Positions 41,362-50,311 of a DNA stretch of 64,000 nucleotides are shown in pieces. The stretch is taken from sequence record LR756501.1; one strand, written 5' to 3'. The notes beneath the pieces are model-generated. The model was not told where the DNA came from. It saw only the letters and a program-made list of their open reading frames with translations, and ran no database searches. The translations under genes and the position numbers were made by a program. Positions within the stretch are counted from its first letter, which is position 1, and each line of letters opens with the position of its first letter.

Positions 41362-41580
41362 ATGGAAAACATAACAACATTCGAAGAATTCTCCTTTTTC
41401 AGAAAGAAAGAGTTAACTCCTGACGAGGAATATAGAAGACAAGCTAAAGAAGCTGAAAGAAATAGACCTAGAGATCCTAATACTAAATATTCTAAATATT
41501 GGGGTATTTATGACGACGGGATGGAAGAAGAGGAAGAAGAAGACGAAGAAGATGAAGAAATTGAATACGATACACCATGA
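41362..41580 (+). CDS. small acidic CTS-like protein
   Basis: MENITTFEEFSFFRKKELTPDEEY; poly-E tail. Confidence 0.65.
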   Translation: MENITTFEEFSFFRKKELTPDEEYRRQAKEAERNRPRDPNTKYSKYWGIYDDGMEEEEEEDEEDEEIEYDTP

Positions 41581-42443
41581 ACAACGAAATAGCATTTTTT
41601 GATTTAGATGGAACCTTGTGGAATATCAAGAATGACGACATATGGATAATAGATAAAGAAAAACCATTTAGACCAGTTATCATTCTTAATCACCTTGATT
41701 TTTCCTTGATTAAAGCAGGAAGATATAGAAAAGACGAACTACCACTTGATTACAACGGTCAAACATATTTTATAAGTAAAGATTTATTCGAAAAGATTAA
41801 GAAGAAATCTGGAAGTGAAAATATCGAAAGATTTGGTATTTCTTTTATACCTATGCTTAGAAAAGAAATTCTAGACAAAAGAGAAGTTGATATACTTAGC
41901 CATAACATTGAACATCTCAGGTATAATAAATTCGTAGATATTGGTTTACTTACAGCTAGATCAAATCAACGTAATCACTCAGATCTTGTTAATAAACTCA
42001 GATTGGAATTAAAGAAAATTGGAATAGAAATTAGTAAAATATTCTTTGTTGGTAGTGGTGTTCATAGTGGAGTAGATCCTAAATTGAAAAGTTTTGTTTT
42101 ACTGGAACATCTTCTTGGGCTCAAAATTAAAGACGGTAGATTTATATCAGTTAAACAGGATTGGTACAAGAAAGTTAGTTTTTACGATGATGATAGTAAA
42201 AATATTGATTACGCTAACGATATTCAAGATTGTTTTGAAGAACTTTTAAGAAAGACAGACGATGAACTATTCAGAATTATAATAGATAGAATTGAAACAT
42301 TTGAATTAACATTAGACACCTATCTTGTAGTAGATAATGAAGTAAATAGATTTAAGAAAAGTTCGGTAACATTAAGACCCCCATTAAGATTTCCTATAAA
42401 GGAGAGCTTAAAAAATTATAATGATTTTTTAAGGAATGTATAA
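41577..42443 (+). CDS. HAD-superfamily hydrolase-like protein
   Basis: FFDLDGTLW motif I, LLTAR motif II, FYDDD motif IV. Confidence 0.7.
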   Translation: MNNEIAFFDLDGTLWNIKNDDIWIIDKEKPFRPVIILNHLDFSLIKAGRYRKDELPLDYNGQTYFISKDLFEKIKKKSGSENIERFGISFIPMLRKEILDKREVDILSHNIEHLRYNKFVDIGLLTARSNQRNHSDLVNKLRLELKKIGIEISKIFFVGSGVHSGVDPKLKSFVLLEHLLGLKIKDGRFISVKQDWYKKVSFYDDDSKNIDYANDIQDCFEELLRKTDDELFRIIIDRIETFELTLDTYLVVDNEVNRFKKSSVTLRPPLRFPIKESLKNYNDFLRNV

Positions 42444-42753
42444 GATACTCAAAGCGGGTAAGAAGATTGAAAGTGAAGTTCCAGGAATCTACGGCGGTTA
42501 TAAAGTAGATAAAATCTTTGGAACTTTAACTTGTAAATCAGGCATGAGAATGAAGAAAGAAAATAGAGTCTTTTTCCATACTTTAGAAGACGCTGTTAAA
42601 CAGGGATATAGACCTTGTAAGAATTGTAAACCTATTGGTGAAAAAGAATTTCAAACTATAAAACATTTAATACCTGAAAAGACGTTAGAAGATTTCTATA
42701 ATAGAGGTAAAAAGATAAAGACTTTTGAATCTTTCATAAACGACAAAGCATAA
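42436..42753 (+). CDS. Ada metal-binding (Zn) domain protein
   Basis: KIFGTLTC...ENRVFFHTLEDAVKQGYRPCKNCKP. Confidence 0.8.
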   Translation: MYKILKAGKKIESEVPGIYGGYKVDKIFGTLTCKSGMRMKKENRVFFHTLEDAVKQGYRPCKNCKPIGEKEFQTIKHLIPEKTLEDFYNRGKKIKTFESFINDKA

Positions 42754-42782
42754 AAAAACCCAGTCTCACGACTGGGTTTTTT
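42753..42782. terminator. bidirectional terminator (CCCAGTC family)
   Basis: AAAAAAACCCAGTC-TCAC-GACTGGGTTTTTT; same stem at about 49400 and 63845. Confidence 0.85.
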
Positions 42783-42784
42783 AG

Positions 42785-42985
42785 TGCCCCTACCTTCACA
42801 CCTGTCTTCCTCCAGGTCGACTTACTTGTCTTATCGGATCCATAATGGACATTTTTTAGTCAGAGGTTCACTTTGTAACTTGACTTCGTAACCGTTACCA
42901 GTTACAAGATAGGGTGCTGCTCTGATATTGGTGGTCTTCCCGACACTTGTGTTTTTCGCGCTTTCTGAAGGACATCTAAAACAAA
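42785..42985 (-). ncRNA. candidate structured RNA, domain C
   Basis: GC-richer noncoding; nested pairings TCAGAG/CTCTGA, TTGTAACT/AGTTACAA, ACCTG/CAGGT, CCTTCA/TGAAGG; TTTATATAT box upstream, terminator downstream. Confidence 0.55.
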
Positions 42986-43004
42986 CCAATATATAAAAGA
43001 AAGA

Positions 43005-43362
43005 AATGAAAAAAATAATTTGATGGGAGTCCTGACTACCCATAGTCCTCGGAATTCGTCAATCATTATTCACCCACAATCCACAAAAGTGATCGGCCCT
43101 TGTGTTTTACCTTTCGACACCCCCTTGCGGGGCAGTCACATCAGGTGATTGGGAGGTTTGTTTCCTCCAACCAGATACAGCCATCAGTATAGCTCTATAC
43201 GATTTGTCTGGTTCTTACGTCACTCACGGTTGGCCAACCGCGGCTACTTCAGGTTTATGATACGAAAACTGTAACATCCGCTCCGTCAGGCTTTTCAGCC
43301 AACGGCTACAGTGCGTTAGGGGCTGGCGACCCCTTGTTCCGCCACAAATTATTTTTTCATAC
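43005..43362 (-). ncRNA. candidate large structured RNA, domain B
   Basis: Ends pair (ATGAAAAAATAATTTG inverted repeat); GGCT-GAAA-AGCC and CCCC-GCAA-GGGG GNRA hairpins, CGGTT/AACCG, AACCAGA/TCTGGTT, GGAGG/CCTCC. Confidence 0.65.
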
Positions 43363-43363
43363 T

Positions 43364-43374
43364 TTCAAAGAACT
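43364..43374 (-). promoter_or_regulatory. boxA-like antitermination element AGTTCTTTGAA
   Basis: Identical 11-mer also at 43700-43710, each directly 5' of a structured domain. Confidence 0.5.
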
Positions 43375-43379
43375 TGATC

Positions 43380-43695
43380 CACAATGTTCGTAAACTTCGT
43401 AACTGTCGTGGACAATTCAAAATAGAACTAAGTCGTAATAGCTGTTACATTTTACAGTAACAATTTAAGTGCGAAGGGCCTCCACCTTTCGGTCATACAC
43501 AGTCTCACTTTCCTCACACACTATTACAGCCGACTGAACCTAAACTTTTACTCAGTCCTATAAGAGCTTCAAATGGAAGCGAGTGCCCAAACTCGCAAAT
43601 GAGGGAAAATAAAGCCTAGTATATAGGGAATTTAAGCCTCACATAACTATCCATATCAATACCCAATTAAGGACTACTTGGAATCGTTTACCATT
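43380..43695 (-). ncRNA. candidate structured RNA, domain A
   Basis: AGTCCT/AGGACT, GCGAGT/ACTCGC, GCTTC/GAAGC, GACTGA/TCAGTC, GTAATAG/CTATTAC, ACC-GAAA-GGT, GTTAC/GTAAC. Confidence 0.55.
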
Positions 43696-43727
43696 TATAT
43701 TCAAAGAACTTGCTTCGAATTCTTATA

Positions 43728-43887
43728 CAAAGATAAGAAGTCTTGTTGAGATAAAAAAATCTTTTGTAAGAATTTTTATCAAATTTTAAAATACCTACTT
43801 GTGGGTTGAATGGTTATCTCGCCTTTCAGTATTCAGTCAGTCTGTGGACTGAAAATTTGATTATCTCATTTTGACTATACAAAGATA
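43728..43887 (-). promoter_or_regulatory. two tandem Bacteroidota-type promoters driving the ncRNA locus
   Basis: TATCTTTG at 43728-43735 and 43880-43887, both in the context TTTTTTTATCTC-N13-TATCTTTGTATA. Confidence 0.6.
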
Positions 43888-44044
43888 CGCCACTTTCACG
43901 AGATAAAAAAATTATTTGATAAATTTTTTAAAACAACACTAAACAAAGAGCTTTTACTAAATCGTCAGTAATAACAGATTTTATATATTATATATACTCA
44001 CGAAATTCCTTTGTTTTAAAAAAAATTCAAGAAAATATAAAACT

Positions 44045-44215
44045 TTGAAAGACAGACCTTTAAAAGAAAAAGAGAGTATTTGGCTTTGTCCAGACTGTGA
44101 TGGTAAAGGTTATATTGATAAAGGTCAATGTCCTCTATGTAAAGGTAAAGGTGAACTTAGATTTCCTACCACTTCCTCTCAAAAGGATTTCGAAGATCCC
44201 CAGCCTTCTGATTAA
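44045..44215 (+). CDS. small DnaJ-type CxxCxGxG zinc-finger protein (56 aa, TTG start, not in ORF track)
   Basis: CPDCDGKG...CPLCKGKG; overlaps the terminase 3' end by about 50 nt. Confidence 0.5.
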   Translation: MKDRPLKEKESIWLCPDCDGKGYIDKGQCPLCKGKGELRFPTTSSQKDFEDPQPSD

Positions 44216-46433
44216 ATGGTGATAAGAAAGGTATAGGTTTTATTTCAGGTTTAACTTTAGGATAGAATCTTTTATACGCTCCACTAAATGATTGAAAATC
44301 AACCATTGATCCGTCGTCTTTACTACCTAAAAATTTAAGTATAACTCCTTTTTCTTTTTCTGTAATATTAAAATCTGAATAAGTATCTACCATGTTCTTG
44401 TAATAGTTATTATCAAATAAACTACTTAAATTTATAAGCGACATTACACAGTCATCATTACCTGTTTCCGAACGATAAGTGATCTCCCCGTTTGGAGTCT
44501 CTTTTTTGGAGAATGATTTTAATTCTATGATATTCTTCTCGTTATGAAGTACTAGATTATCTTTCTTCACAGCGTCTTGGAAATCTTTTAGGAGTAATTT
44601 CTTATTGTAACCTATAAGTAATCCTATTTTTGGTTTGGGGTCTGTTTCTCTGTGTTTATATCTGGCAAATATAGCGTCCATAAAATCATTGTTATCATTG
44701 AATACGTGACGCATATTGTTAATTAAATCGTTGCCCAGATTCTTATTCATTTCCACCACTATCTTAACCTTCTCGGGATCAAATATTTCAAATACTAAAA
44801 GATATAATATGTGAGCCACTTCATTTATAGAGTAGACGTTATTTCTGAATAATCCTATTTGTTCTAGTTTGAATAAGTCATATTTATTGGAATAAAAGTC
44901 TTTCTTTTTTTCTATTAGTTTTTCGTCTTTCATCATTAATCTAAAGATGTTAAACACAGTATAATCAAGACCTAACCCTTCTGCCAAGTCTATACCTATT
45001 GTTATATAATAATCTTTAGCTTTGGCTAAATCAAATATTTCTGGATGATCTAGTAAGAAAGTTAGACTATCGTAAGGTAGTGTTAATTTCTTTTCGAAAT
45101 TTTCTAAATGAGGAGTTCCAAATTCGTATTGTTCGTTCATGAAACTTTCAAACATAACACTATCGAACAACAATTTATCGTCTGTAATGAACTGAATCTC
45201 GTACTCTTGATTGAACATCGCCTGGCCACCAATAAGAGATGTTTGCTCTTCTTGCCAGTTAGTTATTCTTACTACTTCGGGTAAAGGTATAACTTCATTT
45301 ATTCTTACTTGCCTTATCTCATCTATTTTACAATTATCTCTTACAGTTTTACCGTCGTCTTCGAAGAATTTAATGAAATACCAAGTTTCTTGTTCAAGTC
45401 TTTTACTATACATCTCGTAACCCAATTCCTTTAAACGGTTTAATATTTCTTCTTGGGTCACGTTGTATTGTCTCATTTTATGTTCAAGAAACATAAACTT
45501 GGTATCTCTTCTACCTTTAACTTGATGCCAGTAGACACGCATGGCTTCGTATTTATTCCATCTTGGATCTTCTTTAGGTCTTTCAGCGTCTACCAATAAT
45601 TCCCAGAATAAATTATAACCATCTGGCGTTGATGTTATAATAATTTTAGAATTTTCTACCTGTACAACAGTAGGTACAACAGCACCGTAGTACTGACGTA
45701 CAATATTCTCTGGTACTTTCGCGAACTCATCGAGATATAACAAGTCAATGGTAAAACCGATGGATGGGTCCTTAGATCTCGCCTGACTCTGAATTCTACT
45801 ATTGTTATCAAAGGCAATCTGCTTTTCGTTCCAGTTTGTTACACCAGTCTTCAAAAAGAAAGGTAATAACTTGTAAATATCTTTTATCTTTCTAATAATT
45901 TCTTTTACAGTATCACCTTTATTAGCCACGATCATAACACCCTTATCGTCATTAAACATAACAAGGTGTAATATAACAATAGAAGCAGATACAGTATTAA
46001 GATTTAATATATCGTTAGCGTAATAACTATGTTCGTTAGACTTTATAGATAAGTCAAACATAGATACTTTATTATTTAATTTGTTAATTGATTTTATTTT
46101 AGAAAGACCTTTCTTTGTTAGAATTATATCGTTAAGAGTTAAATCTTTAACGAATTTAATCATATGTCCTTCGCAGAATATACTATGTATATCGGCACAC
46201 TTTATCTTTAAACCATTTTCAAGTTCAAGTTCGTGTATAGCGTATGGTTGTGTGAAATTGATCTCTTCAATAGGTACAAATCCGTAGTCTGTTTCAACTG
46301 AAAGATTTTCTAATGGTAGAATGTTTATAACCTTTTTCAGAGGATCGTTTTGATCAAATACAACGTTTCTATATTCGTATTTCTCAATTAATTCTAGTAA
46401 TTTATATATAACTCTTCTTAAAAATTTTCGCAT
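44166..46433 (-). CDS. terL: terminase large subunit, C-terminal part, preceded by a 146-aa split C-intein
   Basis: IntC ...KCADIH...MFDLSIK...YYANDILNLN|TVSAS; Walker B IDLLYLDEFA; nuclease IDLAEGLGLDY and NDDCVM. Confidence 0.92.
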   Translation of the reverse strand: MRKFLRRVIYKLLELIEKYEYRNVVFDQNDPLKKVINILPLENLSVETDYGFVPIEEINFTQPYAIHELELENGLKIKCADIHSIFCEGHMIKFVKDLTLNDIILTKKGLSKIKSINKLNNKVSMFDLSIKSNEHSYYANDILNLNTVSASIVILHLVMFNDDKGVMIVANKGDTVKEIIRKIKDIYKLLPFFLKTGVTNWNEKQIAFDNNSRIQSQARSKDPSIGFTIDLLYLDEFAKVPENIVRQYYGAVVPTVVQVENSKIIITSTPDGYNLFWELLVDAERPKEDPRWNKYEAMRVYWHQVKGRRDTKFMFLEHKMRQYNVTQEEILNRLKELGYEMYSKRLEQETWYFIKFFEDDGKTVRDNCKIDEIRQVRINEVIPLPEVVRITNWQEEQTSLIGGQAMFNQEYEIQFITDDKLLFDSVMFESFMNEQYEFGTPHLENFEKKLTLPYDSLTFLLDHPEIFDLAKAKDYYITIGIDLAEGLGLDYTVFNIFRLMMKDEKLIEKKKDFYSNKYDLFKLEQIGLFRNNVYSINEVAHILYLLVFEIFDPEKVKIVVEMNKNLGNDLINNMRHVFNDNNDFMDAIFARYKHRETDPKPKIGLLIGYNKKLLLKDFQDAVKKDNLVLHNEKNIIELKSFSKKETPNGEITYRSETGNDDCVMSLINLSSLFDNNYYKNMVDTYSDFNITEKEKGVILKFLGSKDDGSMVDFQSFSGAYKRFYPKVKPEIKPIPFLSPFNQKAGDLRNPFERKW
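45996..46433 (-). mobile_element. split intein, C-terminal fragment (IntC)
   Basis: Hint-fold blocks B, F, G; terminal Asn followed by Thr+1; no endonuclease. Confidence 0.85.
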
Positions 46434-46484
46434 AAATATGCCTGATTTTTAAGTATATATTAAAAAAGAAAGGCCTATTTTGAA

Positions 46485-47438
46485 TTATGGGGTGTGGCCA
46501 TTGCCTTCTGCTCTTACTAGGAAATCTTCCCAAGGTTCCCAAGAAAACTCGTCATTTTGTTTATTTCTTTGGAACTGCCAACCTAAGTGTTGCATAGTCA
46601 TATTTCTACTTGAGCAATCGTTATAGATTATATTTAATCCGTTATCTTCTATATATTCTATAACTCTATAAGTATCAAATATTGATGGTAAATAATGACC
46701 AGCGTATATTAATTTTTCGTTCAACCCCTTTTTCTTTAACGCGTCTCTATTATCATCGCACACAGAAAGTTCGTGCAAATTAAGATAATCTAATCCAATC
46801 TCATTTAATCTTGGTAAGACTGAGATAAGTTTATCTACTTGCCAAAATTCAGAAGGTACTTCAACACAAATCTTATCAAAAATCTTCTTACAGTAAACAA
46901 GTTTATCTATTATATCTTCTCTATATCCTGTTGCAGCGAGATCAAATCTAATCTCATTAATACCGTGTTCTTTTAATTTAATACAATCTTCTTCTGTAAC
47001 AAGAGTTCCATTAGTATAAATCCATTTATAAAGATTAAGTTGTTCAAAATTTTCGTTGATAAAATCTAACCATTCATATACTTTATCAAGATACATAAAA
47101 GGTTCACCACCAGAAAATGATATACCAGTTATTCTTGGATTCTTATAAATAACTCTTTTTAAATCAACTAAAGAATGTATATCATCGTTACCGCCATTTG
47201 CCCATATGAATTCATCAACACCGTGTCTTGATATTTGTGGACAAGAAGCACATTTAAGGTTACAACTAACACCTATATAAACACATATCCATTGCCCACT
47301 CTTACAGGCGTAACAACCCTGTGATAATTCCTTACCTATTGGTACTATGGTAGCACCTGAATTTGATATTTCTATTTTATCTATAATTCTTTGTCTAAGT
47401 GAGTCTGATATATTTCTAGCATCTACATATTCTATCAT
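46485..47438 (-). CDS. radical SAM protein
   Basis: CNLKCASC CxxxCxxC, SFSGGEP, YTNG; extra N-terminal GCYAC. Confidence 0.88.
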   Translation of the reverse strand: MIEYVDARNISDSLRQRIIDKIEISNSGATIVPIGKELSQGCYACKSGQWICVYIGVSCNLKCASCPQISRHGVDEFIWANGGNDDIHSLVDLKRVIYKNPRITGISFSGGEPFMYLDKVYEWLDFINENFEQLNLYKWIYTNGTLVTEEDCIKLKEHGINEIRFDLAATGYREDIIDKLVYCKKIFDKICVEVPSEFWQVDKLISVLPRLNEIGLDYLNLHELSVCDDNRDALKKKGLNEKLIYAGHYLPSIFDTYRVIEYIEDNGLNIIYNDCSSRNMTMQHLGWQFQRNKQNDEFSWEPWEDFLVRAEGNGHTP

Positions 47439-47454
47439 ATTAAGTTATTATTTT

Positions 47455-48159
47455 TTACGTCAAAATAAAAGACTTTTCGTGTCCTAAAATGACTTCTGTA
47501 TTTACCCATGTTGGGTATCCAATTTCAGCAGCCTTCAAACAAAAAGATACATCTTCCGATGTAAAGTCTGTTATAGTGGTACCATCTTCTGTTTTCATAT
47601 GTATAAATTTTGGTTCAAACCAAGGATATTGAATTTTATCGAAAACTTCTTTTTTTATTAACATAAATCCGAATCCGTTGTATGGAACTTTAATGATAGG
47701 GAAAGATGGTTGTTTACTGAATTTTTCATTAATTATGTCCATTTTATTTATAAATTTGAAACTACCGTTTATCATGAAATGTTTTTCATCCCATTCTTCT
47801 ATGGCGGCGTAATCATCATTATTCTTTAAATATAACCCAGATATTATAGAATATCCCATCTCGGCGTTTTTAAGCAATTTGAAAAAATCATCAGGTTTAA
47901 AAATCATGTCTGAATCGATCCACATAACATAATCAATCGTCGTCCCTTTCATCCCATCTTGATTAAAAATCTTCTGATTAATCCCTCTCTTAACATCTCC
48001 TCCCAAACATTTATTTCTAACATAATAAACAACTGGATCATAGTGTTGAGATACCATAGAGTTTATACCTTTTGTTATTAACGCATGAAGTAATTGAGTC
48101 CAGCTTTGTAAAAATAATCCTGAAAAGTTTTTTCCCGGTAAACAAAAAACTATGTTCAT
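47455..48159 (-). CDS. GT-A-fold (GT2-like) glycosyltransferase-like protein
   Basis: IVFCLPG, VRNKCLG, MWIDSD DxD, GFGFMLIK, SEDVSFC. Confidence 0.7.
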   Translation of the reverse strand: MNIVFCLPGKNFSGLFLQSWTQLLHALITKGINSMVSQHYDPVVYYVRNKCLGGDVKRGINQKIFNQDGMKGTTIDYVMWIDSDMIFKPDDFFKLLKNAEMGYSIISGLYLKNNDDYAAIEEWDEKHFMINGSFKFINKMDIINEKFSKQPSFPIIKVPYNGFGFMLIKKEVFDKIQYPWFEPKFIHMKTEDGTTITDFTSEDVSFCLKAAEIGYPTWVNTEVILGHEKSFILT

Positions 48160-48878
48160 ATCAAATTATTATTTTTTTCATCGTAGATAACAAATATTTC
48201 CCCCAATTCTTCTTTTAGTTCATCTTCAATGTTATTAACAAGTATATTTCTAATATTTATATTCTTACTATCTAATTTAACTTTGTTATCAACCTTGGTG
48301 TTTTCAGTATAAAAAACGTTGTTGAATTGATTGTTATTCAAGAAGATATCGATCTTATTTTTATATTCAGCTTTATCTAACAGTTCACTATTTATTGTAA
48401 TATCTATAAAATCTTTAGTTATATTAATCTGATCAATATCATCTATTTCTTTTATTATATATTCTACAAACCTGGGGCTAAACTTGTTTGGAATGAATTT
48501 AATTTTATTATCTTTGACTATATTATAACCAATTTGATCTGTGCTTTCTTTAGATAGTTGGAATAGTGATATATCTTTAATATCGAAGTTTAACTTATCA
48601 ACTACTTTAATATATTCGTTGAATAAAGGGTAGCAATAATCGTTACCGATCATAAATACATTCGAGAACTGGGTGAGAACACCAAGAATTCTTTTTACTT
48701 CGTTAATAAGATTAAATGTGGTATGTTTATTATTATAAAAGAAATCACCATTAATAATAACTTCATGCTCTTTGGACCCAGATTTCATTAATGTTTGTAT
48801 GAAATCGTGGAAAAAATCTAATTGATATTTAGATAGTTTAGGGTGCCCAAATTTTATGTTAGTAAGTATAAAAATCAT
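48156..48878 (-). CDS. degenerate gp47/SbcD-like metallophosphoesterase
   Basis: LTNIKFG, INGDFFYN and IGNDY align to D-x-H-x-G, GDLFD and GNHD but metal ligands are lost. Confidence 0.5.
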   Translation of the reverse strand: MIFILTNIKFGHPKLSKYQLDFFHDFIQTLMKSGSKEHEVIINGDFFYNNKHTTFNLINEVKRILGVLTQFSNVFMIGNDYCYPLFNEYIKVVDKLNFDIKDISLFQLSKESTDQIGYNIVKDNKIKFIPNKFSPRFVEYIIKEIDDIDQINITKDFIDITINSELLDKAEYKNKIDIFLNNNQFNNVFYTENTKVDNKVKLDSKNINIRNILVNNIEDELKEELGEIFVIYDEKNNNLI

Positions 48879-48980
48879 AATCTATTTATATAGAATACCA
48901 TTAAAAGTTTAATGAAAATACATTGTTAAAAATAAAACAAATGAATATATAGACTATATAAAAAAGAAAACATATATCTT

Positions 48981-49397
48981 ATGAAATATTTATTTTATTT
49001 AATGATCACCGTATCATTATTATTTTTAGGCTCTTGTAATAATCCATCAAAACAAACACCTGTTGTACACCACGACACTATAATTATTCACGACACTATA
49101 AACCTAGCAGGACTAAATGTAGATAGTGCTGAGATTATGTCCCTAAAAGATTTAAAGGGTAGAGGTTTATATTCTAATCATTGTAAATTTTGCCACGGTA
49201 ATAAAGGTAAAGGTGATGGTATTAAAGCCCGTATAGACACAGCACTTTGTCCACACGATTTAACTAAAATAGATAAACCAGATCAATATGTTTATTACGT
49301 AATATTAAAAGGTGATAAACATATGCCACCAAACGAGTCGGATTTAAATGACGAACAAGTATGGATGTTAGTGGTACATATAAAGAAATTTAAGTAA
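48981..49397 (+). CDS. c-type cytochrome lipoprotein
   Basis: Lipobox LGS-C; CKFCH heme motif at 49182-49196 followed by G..GKGDG; distal MPP. Confidence 0.85.
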   Translation: MKYLFYLMITVSLLFLGSCNNPSKQTPVVHHDTIIIHDTINLAGLNVDSAEIMSLKDLKGRGLYSNHCKFCHGNKGKGDGIKARIDTALCPHDLTKIDKPDQYVYYVILKGDKHMPPNESDLNDEQVWMLVVHIKKFK

Positions 49398-49432
49398 ACA
49401 AAAAACCCAGTCAAATGACTGGGTTTTCTTTT
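49398..49432. terminator. bidirectional terminator (CCCAGTC family)
   Basis: AAAAACCCAGTC-AAAT-GACTGGGTTTT. Confidence 0.85.
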
Positions 49433-49443
49433 TAAAGTTAAAA

Positions 49444-50232
49444 TTATTTTGAAAGTAAAGCTATTAAACTATTTAATAATTGTTTGTGAATATTTTGTGG
49501 TATATTTGTTACAACTGAAAAATTGTTATTTCCAGATATTTTAATTTGACCAAAACTTTCATTTAATAATCTATCTGGTTTTGATGTCTTTAAAAAATGT
49601 CCAACAAGAGCATTCATAAATGGTTGAATCTCAAAAGCTTTATCGTTATTTCTTATAACGTGAATTTCATTTTGTTTTTCAGTTAAAAGGTACCAGTAAT
49701 CTTCTTTTGATAGAAGTCTTTTTTCGAACATTGTATTTATATCTGAAAATTTAATATCTTTATAATAAATTAATTTACCTATTGTTTTAACTCTTTCAAT
49801 TGTTAAATCTACTTGGTTATCAGGTGTATTTTTTTCAGTTTCTTCTTCTTCGTCTTCGATTACTGTTTTCTTTTTCTGTTGCACTCTTTCTACTGGTTTT
49901 TCAGTTTTCTGTGGAGGTGGAGTTTGAGTAGATGATACAGGAGCAATAGCTGCCTCTGTAAATTTTCTTATTGTAGTTTTATTTTCAAATGCCCTATTTT
50001 TAGGATAATGCTCTGTAACATCATCGATAGTAACTTTAACTGCTCCACCATTTTTAGCTTTTATAAGATAGTAGTTTTCATATACACCAGATACTTCGCC
50101 TCTAATTTCTCTACTGTTATAGATAGCAACAAGAATATCCCCTACTTTAACTGGATTTACGTTCTCAGTAACAGGTAGTTCTTCCACTTTTATATTAGCG
50201 TTATATAAGTTATATAATTCGTGCAATTCCAT
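49444..50232 (-). CDS. hypothetical protein: SH3-like N-terminus, linker, domain paralogous to 14332-14718
   Basis: VKVGDILV...GEVSGVY; C-terminal alignment by eye. Confidence 0.7.
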   Translation of the reverse strand: MELHELYNLYNANIKVEELPVTENVNPVKVGDILVAIYNSREIRGEVSGVYENYYLIKAKNGGAVKVTIDDVTEHYPKNRAFENKTTIRKFTEAAIAPVSSTQTPPPQKTEKPVERVQQKKKTVIEDEEEETEKNTPDNQVDLTIERVKTIGKLIYYKDIKFSDINTMFEKRLLSKEDYWYLLTEKQNEIHVIRNNDKAFEIQPFMNALVGHFLKTSKPDRLLNESFGQIKISGNNNFSVVTNIPQNIHKQLLNSLIALLSK

Positions 50233-50311
50233 ATTTCTATCTAAAAATAAAGGTCTATCATCATTGGAGAGGTAGATAGACCCTTATTCGTATTACTTAT
50301 TTTTTATTTTA

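Noticed and set aside
42831-43043. 70-aa ORF in the track
   Set aside because: Lies across a structured GC-richer region and a promoter-like box, with no protein-like features
43005-43362. tmRNA or tRNA in the structured locus (GTGGCGGAA resembles a D-arm start)
   Set aside because: No T-arm GTTC(G/A)A, no acceptor stem or CCA end, no tag reading frame
43490-43650. GAGGAAAGT and GGCTTA on the minus strand suggested RNase P RNA
   Set aside because: The two motifs are in the wrong order, are not complementary as P4 requires, and GAGGAAAGT is not followed by CC
43020-43690. Group I or group II intron (GACTA/TAGTC, GAGACTG)
   Set aside because: No interrupted gene, the GACTA/TAGTC pair is a local hairpin, and there is no domain V
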